Assembly (NCBI GenBank): GCA_963745235.1
Contig: CAVUXE010000011.1
Location: forward strand, 1 to 64,000
Length of the DNA stretch: 64,000 nucleotides
Direction of reading: 5' to 3'
Source: an uncultured Spirochaetota bacterium
Lineage (GTDB): Bacteria; Spirochaetota; Spirochaetia; SZUA-6; Fen-1364
In this document: piece after piece, positions 1-9,352 of the stretch
Layout: each line of letters opens with the position of its first letter
Numbering within the stretch: position 1 is the first letter of the stretch
The notes under the pieces: model-generated
The model's database searches: none
Told to the model about the DNA's origin: nothing
Seen by the model: only the letters and a program-made list of their open reading frames with translations
Translations under genes and position numbers: made by a program

Positions 1-264
1 CTTAGCAGCCTTTTCATTCTGGAAATCAGTCCATACGCCTGACAGTCTAAAAAGCTTCTCGAGGTCATGAGTATGGACGTCGTTCGCCAGTTGTTTGCTC
101 GGAAAGTCATGACGTCTCGTCTGCTTTGCAACGCAAGCTTTAAGGGCGCATTCGACGCAGTATCCAAGCAAGTAGTAGGCTCCGGCGAACTCTTGAGACT
201 CCAGAAGAATGCGCGCCTCACGGACACGAGTGCGCGCGACGGCTTGGAAGTCACGTCTATTCAT
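1..264 (-). CDS. HEPN domain protein (3' end runs off the window)
   Basis: Not in the ORF track. Manual translation from ATG at 264: MNRRDFQAVARTRVREARILLESQEFAGAYYLLGYCVECALKACVAKQTRRHDFPSKQLANDVHTHDLEKL; the AYYLxGYxVECALKA and HTHDL motifs are typical of HEPN proteins. Confidence 0.8.
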   Translation of the reverse strand, partial: MNRRDFQAVARTRVREARILLESQEFAGAYYLLGYCVECALKACVAKQTRRHDFPSKQLANDVHTHDLEKLFRLSGVWTDFQNEKAAK

Positions 265-818
265 GCGGCGTTACTACCTCAGCATATATCGTCGGTGAGA
301 GGATGTCGAGTGAAGACCGCTTTGTGCATACCAGTCGAGCCGCCCGTCCGGAATCAGCCCAGCCGCTACAGCGCTCACGCTCCACCTGCCCCATTCACAG
401 CCGGACGTTAAGGGGTCGGCTTCAACAACTACTATGAGTACTACCTTTTGGAGCTCCCGGACAGGCCCGTTTTCGGACCCCTTCCCGCTTTCAAGAAGAG
501 GACGGGCGCCTGCGCTTTCGGCCTTGCGGCCAAGCGCACTGGGGGTAGAAAATCACACGGCAGAGCCCGCGTGGATCGATCCTGGGCCCGCCATACGCGA
601 GGTTTCCGGGCTTTTGGACCTCCTATAATGCAACCATGAAGTGACCGCCCCGGTCGTAAAAGCGTAGGTTGCGCTACGATCGGTTGAAGGTAGCGTAGAG
701 CTACCATAATGCACGTCAAGCCACCTCTTGGTTCTCGCTCCTTTTTAGTTTCTTTGCGTAGTCGCTGAGCTTCTTCTCGTAGAGCTTCACTTCAGTCCAG
801 CGATACCTTTCTCCGCAA

Positions 819-1703
819 TCACGGCTTCTCAAGGCGTGCGTCCAGCGCTTTGAGTGTCAATATCTGGCGGATTAATTGTGGTTCCCAAAGTCGCCATGCT
901 TCCTGCCAGAATCCTCGCTCTTCTTCGCGAAATAGGCCGGTGCGTTTGCGGGCTGTTACTGCGACGAAGCCATGCGAGGAGGATTCATTATCGTACAACG
1001 GAAGGAGTATAGTCGACTTGGTCCACAAAGATGCGTCGCGACCAAAGTGGTCGTAGTCGGAATACTTCGATACATCGGGGATTATCAGTATTGGCGCGCG
1101 CTTCCGATTGTCGACATACTGTCTGAAAAGCTTGGCAGCCTCGGTATTCTCGTAATACCGCGGATTCTCAAGCCGGGAGGCAAGACTAAGCGGTTTATCC
1201 CCGGCCCAAGCCCCTACAGTTACGTAACCATCTTCGGCTCGCGTCATTATCACAACATCAACTTCGGTTGTCTGTCCATACTGTTCGATTGACCAAGTCT
1301 CAGCGATGACGCGGCGAAAAGCTTTGAGATAGATGTCAATTCGCTTGCGTGCGTCTGCGACGCGTTCTCGTAGACTATTTGGCTGAGCAAGTTTGTTTTC
1401 ATCAGTCATGGCATCGGCAACCGCTCGCGTCATGCTAAGCACCATTTGCGGGTGGTCAGGAAATGTCGCTTCTCGTATTTTTCCTAATTTGCCAGCGAGA
1501 GCGCTCAACAGTAAGACCGCGGCGGCAGCCAGCACCCAAAAGAGAACTTTGCTCCAAGCTTTGTCAGCGGATATGGCGGACGTGACCAAAACAGTCGTCA
1601 GAACGACGTTGGTCAAGTTCTGAATAGCCTGGAAAACGAGCCATCGAGATGTGCTTTGTCCGCGTATCCAGCCAACGATTAGACCCCCAACTGTTTTCAT
1701 CAC
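819..1703 (-). CDS. Hypothetical membrane protein: two N-terminal TM helices plus a GAF-like C-terminal domain
   Basis: 294-aa ORF with hydrophobic segments at about aa 25-75; C-terminal 'KSTILLPLYDNESSSHGFVAVTA' resembles GAF strands. Confidence 0.55.
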   Translation of the reverse strand: MMKTVGGLIVGWIRGQSTSRWLVFQAIQNLTNVVLTTVLVTSAISADKAWSKVLFWVLAAAAVLLLSALAGKLGKIREATFPDHPQMVLSMTRAVADAMTDENKLAQPNSLRERVADARKRIDIYLKAFRRVIAETWSIEQYGQTTEVDVVIMTRAEDGYVTVGAWAGDKPLSLASRLENPRYYENTEAAKLFRQYVDNRKRAPILIIPDVSKYSDYDHFGRDASLWTKSTILLPLYDNESSSHGFVAVTARKRTGLFREEERGFWQEAWRLWEPQLIRQILTLKALDARLEKP

Positions 1704-2047
1704 GGGTTAAAGCTCTTGGATCGTCCTGTATGATGACCGATAGGAAGTCAATTTCGGCGCGCCAGCGGACGCAAGCGTACGCCGGCCTAGAAACCTGGCC
1801 ACGTGGTCTTTCAGCCGACTTCGATGCATAGTGATGTCTATTCTACTCGGGCATCCGGGGACCCACAAGCGGATCTTGGTCTTCCCGGTCGAACCGCCTT
1901 CCGTACACTACGAAGGATCTGGTCCGAGTCTTGGCCCAGATGAAGGCGTCAGTCTTGCCGCGCGCACCTGGCCGAATTCCCGTACGAGCCTGTAGTCGCG
2001 CGTTTTCAAATGAACTCCACAATGGCCATGTGAGAAACCACCGAGGA

Positions 2048-2543
2048 TCAGTGAAGGCTGTTCATGCCAGTGGTCCTCAGTATTTCTTCTCTTTCGCTTT
2101 GAGTCAATGCGGGCACATCTTTCATACTTTGTTGCAAGCGTATTGCGGGCTTGTTGAGAACGACATCTTGCCAGCGCACTACCAGGAACTCTTCAAGTTC
2201 TTTCCGGCCAAGTCCACCGGGAGGAAGGAGACTCGGAACATTCTTGACAAACTTTTCGACAGCGCCGCTCGTTCTCGGCCTCTATTTCGTATTCTTCTGC
2301 GGCTTTCTTGCGAAAGGTGTGATTCTCACTTCGGCGAAGATCTGCCATTCGCGAATGAAAGCTAGACGACTCACCGAGATAAACCGGGAGGCCAGTTCCT
2401 ATGCGTCTTATGGCATAGACGCCTGCCTGTCGAGAAAGCGGTTCGTTGTGCTTCGACTTACTGCTTGGGAGCATCTTAATCGGCGGAGTTGAAAGGAGTT
2501 GTTTCTCCAGCTTAAGCAATTTGTTTCTGATGTTCTTTCTCAT
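2048..2543 (-). pseudogene. GIY-YIG nuclease-like gene, frameshifted
   Basis: 'AGVYAIRRIGTGLPVYLGESSSFHSRMADL' matches the GIY-YIG motif; it continues in shifted frames as 'GRKELEEFLVVRWQDVVLNK'. Confidence 0.55.
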
Positions 2544-2658
2544 TGTTCTGTAGTCCTTTTGGCGGTAACGCTTCGCCAGCGTTGCGGTTCGACTTCTCAG
2601 GTTCCATAAGCAAGTTTTGAATACCAATCAGAAGCCTTCCGGATCCTCTCTCCCAGCG

Positions 2659-3660
2659 CTACCGCTCAAGCCCCAAGCTTCGTAGGTAGGCCTCCGTCAC
2701 CGCAACGTTAGCATGTCCCAAGGCGCTCTTGAGCGCATACACGTCGTGCGTCCGCCGGTAAAGCCGAACGGCAAAGGCATGACGCAGGTCGTGGGCGGAG
2801 TACGCTCCTCGGATCCTCCCCTGCCCTTCGAGCTTCTTGGTGAGATACTTCAGCGCGTCCTCGATCTTGTTGACCTTCTTCCCCTCAAACGGCGAGCGTA
2901 GCGGCAGCCCGGCGCGCCCAACCGCCTTCCTCGCCTCCTCGGGGATCAGGCCAACCTGTTCCCGGCCCTTGCTCATGCATGTGAAGTGGCTTCCCGTGAT
3001 CGAAAGCGACGGCAGGGCCCCTGCGCGAAGGCCCACCCTGGCCATGACAACCACGGCCGCTCTCAGCCATCCGCCAGCGGCCTTCTCGATGAGTTTGACC
3101 TCCCCCTCACTGGGAACCTGAAGCCTGCGGGCTGGCTTCTTGAGCGGACGGCTCCTGGTACCGCGGAAGGGGTTATGAAGCTCGCGGTGACGGCGCTCGA
3201 GCCAGGTCCAAAAGGATGATGAGGCGGCCACCATGAGGTGGACGCTGGAAGGAGCGAGGCCCTCGGCCTTCATGCTCTCGATCCAGTCATCGGCCAAGGC
3301 AGGGATCAGCTCCAAGGGAGAAAGCCCCCTGGGGGCGCACCAGGCTTCCAGGCGGTCCAGGGCCGCGCGGTACGCGAGCCTGGTGTGCTTTGACCCTGCC
3401 CGTCCCGCTCGCTCCAGGTAGCACTCGCGCTCCTGGGCGTAGGGGATCCGCTCCAGGTCCGCGGCCTGGCGTAGCTCGTCCTTAAGGGTTTCAGCCACTA
3501 CCACACGCGCAAGCTGCTCCAGCTGCTCCTCGTCGAGGTCAGCCAGACGCGGGGCGTGCTGGGAGAGGTGGCGCACGATTGCCTTTACGCGCTGCGCTCC
3601 TGTCTTCTCGACGCGGTCGGTGAGCTCTGCTGTCACGGGGCCGCAGGCCCCGCGCCCCAT
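2659..3660 (-). CDS. Tyrosine recombinase (Xer/integrase family)
   Basis: Catalytic motifs GLRAG, HDLRH, LGH and TEAY are intact. An AAAGGAG RBS with ATG at 3677 suggests the true start is slightly upstream, across a frameshift. Confidence 0.9.
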   Translation of the reverse strand: MGRGACGPVTAELTDRVEKTGAQRVKAIVRHLSQHAPRLADLDEEQLEQLARVVVAETLKDELRQAADLERIPYAQERECYLERAGRAGSKHTRLAYRAALDRLEAWCAPRGLSPLELIPALADDWIESMKAEGLAPSSVHLMVAASSSFWTWLERRHRELHNPFRGTRSRPLKKPARRLQVPSEGEVKLIEKAAGGWLRAAVVVMARVGLRAGALPSLSITGSHFTCMSKGREQVGLIPEEARKAVGRAGLPLRSPFEGKKVNKIEDALKYLTKKLEGQGRIRGAYSAHDLRHAFAVRLYRRTHDVYALKSALGHANVAVTEAYLRSLGLER

Positions 3661-3713
3661 ATGCCTGGGAAATGCATCGTGGGCTCCTTTGCCTAGGGGT
3701 GGCTACGCCATAC

Positions 3714-3740
3714 TTCGTAATAATAGATTATTATTCAGAA
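3714..3740. promoter_or_regulatory. Putative recombinase site A (10-7-10 palindrome)
   Basis: TTCGTAATAA-TAGATTA-TTATTCAGAA; arms 8/10 inverted; immediately upstream of the recombinase gene. Confidence 0.6.
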
Positions 3741-3830
3741 CTTGGAAAGTCCAAAAACACCTCCTTAAAGCTCGATCTCTGTCATCGTCCCTCCCCTATA
3801 CGATGCTCGCCCAGCGCCCCATGGCCCATA

Positions 3831-4415
3831 TCAACCTTTGCTGTTCGGATCGGCATCACGTTTTGCTTGTGCCCCGCGCTTCTCTTCTGCCAGCTGATTC
3901 ATTTCCTCAAGGCCAAGCTCCTTGGCGTTCTCGAGAATGAGCTCCTTGATATTTTCGGGATCGAAATGCCATATGGTGCCCCGCTGCAAACTGTCTTTGA
4001 CGGAGTTCGAAAACCCTTCAATCAAGCGATAAGCCTTGGCAAGCCTTTCCTTCTTCTGGACAGGAGGAAGATCGACCAAGCTGGAATCAGCAAAGTGGTA
4101 TGCGAGAAAATGGGTGAAAAGGTTGCAAAGCATTGCTATGTGTGCGTTTCCTTCCCTAAGCTCTTGAGTGTAGTTGTTCATGCGCTCGAAAAGGATCGGC
4201 CAGAAGGTTTCCTCCTCCTTGAGATACCTTGCAAGTGCCCGCCGGATGAGCACTGACCGAGACATGTTGAAGCGTTGATCGTTGTGAGACTTGAGATACT
4301 CGTACATTTTGTTATCCAGCTCATAGGTTAGATAAAAGCGGACCATTCTCCCGACGGTTTTGGATTTTGGTCGTCCGCGCTTGGGAGATTTTGGGCTATT
4401 TTCGTTACCGGACAT
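3831..4415 (-). CDS. CopG/ribbon-helix-helix protein with coiled-coil C-terminus (relaxosome-accessory-like)
   Basis: 'MVRFYLTYELDNKMYEYL...MSRSVLIRRALARYL' RHH pattern; GGAGG RBS; architecture resembles CopG-family proteins of conjugative elements. Confidence 0.6.
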   Translation of the reverse strand: MSGNENSPKSPKRGRPKSKTVGRMVRFYLTYELDNKMYEYLKSHNDQRFNMSRSVLIRRALARYLKEEETFWPILFERMNNYTQELREGNAHIAMLCNLFTHFLAYHFADSSLVDLPPVQKKERLAKAYRLIEGFSNSVKDSLQRGTIWHFDPENIKELILENAKELGLEEMNQLAEEKRGAQAKRDADPNSKG

Positions 4416-4790
4416 AGAGGTACCTCCCTTTGAATTATTGTTGATTTAACTTCTCATAACTCCTTACGGGGCAAGGAACAGGAATAAATGTATGTGCAAT
4501 AACCCACAAAAACTAATTTCTTGCATCATATAAATATTTATAATATAAGAAATAAAGAATAAATAGTGCCCATACCTTATCTTGCTGTAAAATCTTCTCC
4601 TTCCCTTCGTCAACGTTTTTTCCCTGTTTTTCGGGTTTTTCGCGCTTTTCGGGGCGCTTTTTTCTTGAGTGGGCCGTTTTTTAGTCGAATTTAGGGAGTC
4701 TTTGCCTGAAATCGAATTATTTGCAGTTTTCAGCGCCCCCGAGATCACCATCGTAGCCAAAAGGCGCGTGCCAGGGGGACCTTTGGCTCA

Positions 4791-5138
4791 CTATCCATGC
4801 TTCTTCAGGGCGCTGGGTTCGGTTTTTTCTGATAGCACCACCGCCTCACGGATCATGCGGGTGAAAACGACGTTTGGCCTGTGCGTAGCGCAGCAGCTGG
4901 CAACAAATTGATCCCAAAGCTCGATGTCGATCACGAATTGCACCCAGCGCAGCCCCGGGTGCGCCTCCCGCCAGATCTCTGACTGCCTCCTCCGTCTTGC
5001 CCTCTGTTTCTCTGTGGGCCCACTCCCATGGGGGGCTGTCGTGAGCTCGCCAGGCGTTGGCCCAGCGACCACCTCCACCTTCTGCGCTTCCGACTTCTTT
5101 CGGACCACCACGACCTTCCTGCTCGCATCAGCTGCCAT
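4791..5138 (-). CDS. Hypothetical protein of the mobile element
   Basis: 115-aa ORF with a GGAGGGG RBS, co-oriented with rep. Confidence 0.55.
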   Translation of the reverse strand: MAADASRKVVVVRKKSEAQKVEVVAGPTPGELTTAPHGSGPTEKQRARRRRQSEIWREAHPGLRWVQFVIDIELWDQFVASCCATHRPNVVFTRMIREAVVLSEKTEPSALKKHG

Positions 5139-5171
5139 GATCCCCTCCCCTGTTATATAACCTTGGCTTGC

Positions 5172-5423
5172 CTAACCCATGAGAGTCCCTCGCGGGCCGT
5201 TGCCGGACTTCTGATCGAAGTACGCCCGAGCGCTCATGCCGTAGTCGAAGTCACACCTGTCGCACACCTGATAGTTGCTGACAATCGCATGAGCCGCGTC
5301 GCATCCGCACTGTGGGCAGAAATGACGGCCTCGGAATTGGGCCTCGAAATCGAGATCCGCTGACTTGGCCTTTTTCACCCTCTTTCCTGGCACCACGGGA
5401 AACTCCAGCTGCTCCTCGCTCAT
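5172..5423 (-). CDS. Small zinc-ribbon protein
   Basis: CPQC...CDRC motif; ATGA overlap with the upstream ORF. Confidence 0.55.
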   Translation of the reverse strand: MSEEQLEFPVVPGKRVKKAKSADLDFEAQFRGRHFCPQCGCDAAHAIVSNYQVCDRCDFDYGMSARAYFDQKSGNGPRGTLMG

Positions 5424-5686
5424 ATGGGTTTTCCCCTCTCCCCTCCCCTCGCACTCCGTCCGTGCTCTTGATCTCTCAGGGATCTACTCCTAAGCCCACC
5501 ACGTCTCTCCATGTCTTGGGCTTCCCGGAATCCGGTCCCCACCCCTTCCAATACTCCAAGAAGAGAAAAAGGCCAAGAGACCTCTCCCTCGTAGGCCACT
5601 TCTCCTTCTCCCAGTCCGTCTCCGTCTACTCCGTACAGCTCCTCCGGTGAATCCTGCCCCGTTATCCTATTCGGTTTGTCTCTCAT
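5420..5686 (-). CDS. Hypothetical protein
   Basis: 88-aa ORF with 4-bp overlaps to both neighbours, implying translational coupling. Confidence 0.45.
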   Translation of the reverse strand: MRDKPNRITGQDSPEELYGVDGDGLGEGEVAYEGEVSWPFSLLGVLEGVGTGFREAQDMERRGGLRSRSLRDQEHGRSARGGERGKPI

Positions 5687-6563
5687 GCTCGTACCCTCTT
5701 CCAGGGCAGCTGCGATATGGCTGCCTCGATCTGACTCTGCCAGTAGGGATCTTCTCGCTCCCGCAGAAGGCGCTCGCGCTTTTTAGCCTGCTCACGCTCT
5801 CTTTCCCGCTGTTCCTCCCGCGAAGCCGCGAGGTGCCGCAATTGGTTTTCCTGCCGGTCTCGCTCTAAGGCCTTCCGAATCCACCGCGGGAATCGATCAG
5901 CGATAAAGGACAGTCCGCCACGCTCTTGAGGATCCCTCGCAGCAATTCGTACAACCCGTGCAATCTCCCCCGCTGACCTGCCCTCGGCCAGTAGTCGACG
6001 AGCTCCCTCTCGAAATCGCCGGTCATGAATGAGACCTGGGACATCGAAGAGTTCACGGATCACTTCCTCCTCAGGCTGTGAGGTAGAAGGGGGGGGTGCG
6101 GAAACTCGGGAGAGCTTTGTGGAATGAGCGGGGACTCCCCCTTTTTTTGGATTTTGTTCGGATTGAATATAGTTCGTGTCCACCCGGTGGACGGGGGGAG
6201 TGTATCGGGAAGGGAGGGGGTGTCGTTCTGGGTGACGGGGGGGTATCTTCTGGCCTCAATTGGAATGAGTTTGTAGGCGTTGGAAGTCACCCCTCCGTCA
6301 GGGCGGAAACGGGCGGTACGCTTGAGGTAGCCGAGGGCCTCCAGGTGCTTGATAGCCTGGAAGGCCTTTGATCTACACACGCGGGCAACTCTGGCTATGG
6401 TAGCCATGGAAGGCCAGCATGTACCCTCCCCGTCTGCGTGCTTGGCTAGTGCCAGGTACACAAGGACATCGACTGGGCCAAGTGCCTGGTCCTCAAGGAT
6501 GATGTTCTCGATGAGCGTGAAAGGCAGACGCCGACGCTCCACTCCAACGGAATCACTTTGCAT
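5683..6563 (-). CDS. Replication initiator-like winged-HTH protein (HTH_36-type), split by one frameshift in a G/C run
   Basis: N-terminus 'VLVYLALAKHADGEGTCWPSMATIARVARVCRSKAFQAIKHLEALGYLKR...SNAYKL' is typical of phage/plasmid initiators. ORFs 6060-6563 and 5683-6183 overlap across homopolymer runs. Confidence 0.7.
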
Positions 6564-6618
6564 GGTCCCCTCCCAGAGGCGTGGCGCTTAGGACAAACCT
6601 AGAGCGCTGATTTTTTGC

Positions 6619-6647
6619 TTGACGCTTTTGAGGGTTTGTGCTATTGT
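6619..6647 (+). promoter_or_regulatory. Sigma70 promoter with extended -10, antisense to rep
   Basis: TTGACG, 17 bp, TATTGT, with TG at the extended -10 position. Confidence 0.75.
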
Positions 6648-6651
6648 CTGA

Positions 6652-6720
6652 TTACCACATCGGACAATAACGGCCTTCAATGGCGCAAGCGAACCCCCCG
6701 CAAATCAGCGGGGGTTTTGC
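6652..6720 (+). ncRNA. Candidate counter-transcribed antisense RNA, copy 1
   Basis: Lies between the promoter and an intrinsic terminator (AACCCCCCGC-AAATCA-GCGGGGGTTTT); homologous to copy 2. Confidence 0.65.
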
Positions 6721-6748
6721 ATTGTTAGGCTGCTCAACGAGCTGCCGC

Positions 6749-7072
6749 TTATAGTTTTTGTATTGGCTTGACCTCCTTAAAGGCGTTCATCAAATGCACC
6801 GAGACGGCTCCTAATGGGTTACAGGCACGCACATAAGATCTGTCTCGTGGTTGCGCTGAGATTTCTTTGGTTTGCAGTTGGTATAGGACTATCCAGACAC
6901 CTAGATTTTTCCATCCTTTGTGCATCACGAGAAGAGATTCGTTTGCGAAGGTATGCTGGGTGTCGTGAGCTCCCCTCATCCGCCCTAACAGGGGCCATAA
7001 CGGGCAAAGAGACATGACAACACGATGAAGCCTGTGGGTTTTAGCATAGTTGCCGTCGAATGAATGATCCAC
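6749..7072 (-). CDS. Hypothetical or degenerate ORF with the same leader as rep
   Basis: GGAGGGGAACC-GTG start matches the rep leader GGAGGGGACC-ATG; no recognisable domain. Confidence 0.35.
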   Translation of the reverse strand: MDHSFDGNYAKTHRLHRVVMSLCPLWPLLGRMRGAHDTQHTFANESLLVMHKGWKNLGVWIVLYQLQTKEISAQPRDRSYVRACNPLGAVSVHLMNAFKEVKPIQKL

Positions 7073-7125
7073 GGTTCCCCTCCAAATACGTGGCGCTCGG
7101 ACATAAATCGACCATCGATTATTGC

Positions 7126-7154
7126 TTGACGCTATGGAAGGTTCGTGCTATGAT
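7126..7154 (+). promoter_or_regulatory. Sigma70 promoter with extended -10, second copy
   Basis: TTGACG, 17 bp, TATGAT, with TG extension. Confidence 0.75.
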
Positions 7155-7158
7155 CTTG

Positions 7159-7228
7159 ATTACCACATCAGACCGTAGCCCGCCGTCTCTAGCGGCAAGC
7201 AGAGCCCCGAAAGAATCGGGGCTTTTGC
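7159..7228 (+). ncRNA. Candidate counter-transcribed antisense RNA, copy 2
   Basis: Shared 5' ATTACCACATC; hairpin GCCG-TCTCTAG-CGGC; terminator AGCCCCGA-AAGAA-TCGGGGCTTTT. Confidence 0.65.
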
Positions 7229-7348
7229 GTTATTATGCTGGTCAACGGCCAGCCGCTTGTAGGTTTACTTATGATTCCCTATAGGCTATCTCCTCCCAAA
7301 TCAAACCCGATCATATACTCCCCGACGGCCGACTGTTAGCCGAATTTT

Positions 7349-8254
7349 TCACCTCTTTCCCCTCAAAGCTTCTTCGAGATTACGAATTACCTCGGCCGGT
7401 GCCTTTGGCAGCTTCACTCGGCGAAGAATGCGGAGCACGAGTACTGCGTGCCCTCGGGAAAGTTGTACAGTCACTTTGCCCGAGGCGGCCGTAACCTTCC
7501 CCGGGGGGTTTGCTTTCGCACGCCGCTGGGCGTTCAACTTCGCGCGTGTCTCTCGAATGTCCTCTATGTCAGGGTCAGGCTTGCCCATATCCCTAGCCCT
7601 ACGCGCCGCATCGCGCAGAATTGCTCGTTCGCTCTTAATTGTGCGGACGCTCTTGCCGGTCTCCTTTGCGATTTCTTGCGCCGTAGTCGGAAATGGTGAA
7701 ACCGTTGCACGATTATTCTTAGTCGGGCGTCCTGCCTTGCCTTCCTGCCCGAAGTAGTCCGGCCAAACTTTGCGATACAGATTTAAGCGCGTATCTTCAT
7801 CCACTTCAAAACGAGAAAGGTTTCCAAGGTAGACGCGGCGTTCGGCTTCCTCGGGAGTAATTGGGGAGGAGACGACACGTACCGGAATTCGCCCCAAGTC
7901 GTGCCCTTCGGCTTTCAACTCTTCTGCTATGCGTAGCCGAGAATGGCCTTCGAGGAGAGTGCCGTCGGGTAGCACGATCAAAGGATTGAGAATCGCTCCC
8001 GCTTCGAGAATGTCACGTTTTAAGTCTCGCCAGTAAGTTTCGCTCTTGGCGGAGTCGAACACGTGATTTGATGGATGGGGCTTGAAACGATCTAGGGGCC
8101 AAGAAAGAATCTCGGACATTTCTAGGCCTTGAATAACGAGGGATGGCTCGGTGGGTTCATCCTTGGATTTTCTGATGTAGCCTGTGCGTGGACCGGAAAC
8201 GTTGGCAATAAGACGAGCCTCGCGATCTGCCTTCCGCTCTTCTGGGCTTTTCAT
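7349..8254 (-). CDS. parB: ParB N-terminal domain protein
   Basis: 'FKPHPSN...GAILNPLIV...LLEGHSRLRIA...GNLSRF' ParB/Srx fold plus a later HTH; overlaps the parA stop. Confidence 0.8.
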   Translation of the reverse strand: MKSPEERKADREARLIANVSGPRTGYIRKSKDEPTEPSLVIQGLEMSEILSWPLDRFKPHPSNHVFDSAKSETYWRDLKRDILEAGAILNPLIVLPDGTLLEGHSRLRIAEELKAEGHDLGRIPVRVVSSPITPEEAERRVYLGNLSRFEVDEDTRLNLYRKVWPDYFGQEGKAGRPTKNNRATVSPFPTTAQEIAKETGKSVRTIKSERAILRDAARRARDMGKPDPDIEDIRETRAKLNAQRRAKANPPGKVTAASGKVTVQLSRGHAVLVLRILRRVKLPKAPAEVIRNLEEALRGKR

Positions 8255-8973
8255 TCCATCACCTCACGTGCGAGCTCGGTGTACCAAGCCCAGGCCTTGC
8301 CAGTATCTTTTAGGGCTTTTCCGGTGTTGGTAGCGTTGCGAATCGCCGAACTCTTAAAAATAGCAGTACGTGTCATAGTCCAGCCTGGAAGTTTACGCAA
8401 AGTTTCCGCGTCGTTTTCCGTTACAATGTCGGGGAGAGCCAGGAGACGCACGGGACGTCCAGTTGTTTCCTCAACTAGACGGAGTTCGTCTGCAATCACT
8501 TCGTAAGCAGAAATAGTCCAGCGGGAGAGGCCGACGGGTACAAGAACCAAGTCTGCTGCATACAAGGCGAGAGTCAATTCGATGGTGAGGGATGGCGTTG
8601 TGTCGATGATGATGACCTCGGCGTCAAGCTCTTTCAGTTTCGATGGGAATCGAAAGATGATCCCAGGATCATGTGCGAGGTCGCGGGCTGCTCGCGCTAT
8701 AGATGGAGTGCCGGGGATCAGGTTGATATTGAATGTGGTTGGGATTAGACACTCGGCAAGGGTACAGTGTCCGGTGAGAGCACGATAAAGGGAGTGCTCC
8801 TCTATGGTCGCCGCGCTTTCATCTCGGGCTAGGGCGTCGGTTAAGTTATTGTTTGCGTCGGCATCGATCGCGATAACGCGCTTCCCTGCGTTTGCCAAAG
8901 CCTCCGCAGTGAAGAGGGCGGACGTGGTTTTTCCAACTCCCCCTTTTAGTGATGCAAAAGCTATAACCTTCAC
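8251..8973 (-). CDS. parA: ParA family partition ATPase
   Basis: Deviant Walker A KGGVGKTT, plus IDAD and IIIDT motifs. Confidence 0.92.
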   Translation of the reverse strand: MKVIAFASLKGGVGKTTSALFTAEALANAGKRVIAIDADANNNLTDALARDESAATIEEHSLYRALTGHCTLAECLIPTTFNINLIPGTPSIARAARDLAHDPGIIFRFPSKLKELDAEVIIIDTTPSLTIELTLALYAADLVLVPVGLSRWTISAYEVIADELRLVEETTGRPVRLLALPDIVTENDAETLRKLPGWTMTRTAIFKSSAIRNATNTGKALKDTGKAWAWYTELAREVME

Positions 8974-9113
8974 GACTTGCTTGTGTTCCGCGCGAGGTAC
9001 TTCTCCGCTGCTGCGATCAATAGGGCTTTGACTGAAGTCCGCTCCGTAGCGGCCTTGATTTTGAGCTCGTAGTACAGTTCGTCGGGGAACCCCTCGATAA
9101 CTACTCGTGCCAT
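8970..9113 (-). CDS. Small Arc/RHH DNA-binding protein
   Basis: MARVVIEGFPDELYYELKIKAATERTSVKALLIAAAEKYL; GTGA overlap with parA. Confidence 0.7.
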   Translation of the reverse strand: MARVVIEGFPDELYYELKIKAATERTSVKALLIAAAEKYLARNTSKS

Positions 9114-9352
9114 TTCGATGCCCCCTAACTTGTCAGGATTACACAGATAGTATGTCTTGTCAAGACTAACAAAGAGGCTGGTCAAAACAGGCTATTGGTC
9201 TCCCGACTTCCCATAACGGCAGTTCTGTTCACTTCTGGAAGCGCCATGGCCGAAGAAGTACTGCTGATGGTCAGAACTTGTGGTGTCGTGCACCCATAGT
9301 GACGCTTGATCTTACGCGCGTGCAGGACTACGGTGTATAGAAAGCGCGGAAG

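Noticed and set aside
330-425. Imperfect hairpin (CGTCCGG...CCGGACG-TTAAGG) resembling an integron attC site
   Set aside because: No proper RYYYAAC/GTTRRRY pair, no second copy and no integron integrase in the window.
6652-7168. Conserved ATG-TGG-TAA minigene on the minus strand of both RNA modules
   Set aside because: No RBS in front; more simply explained as the complement of the conserved RNA 5' end.
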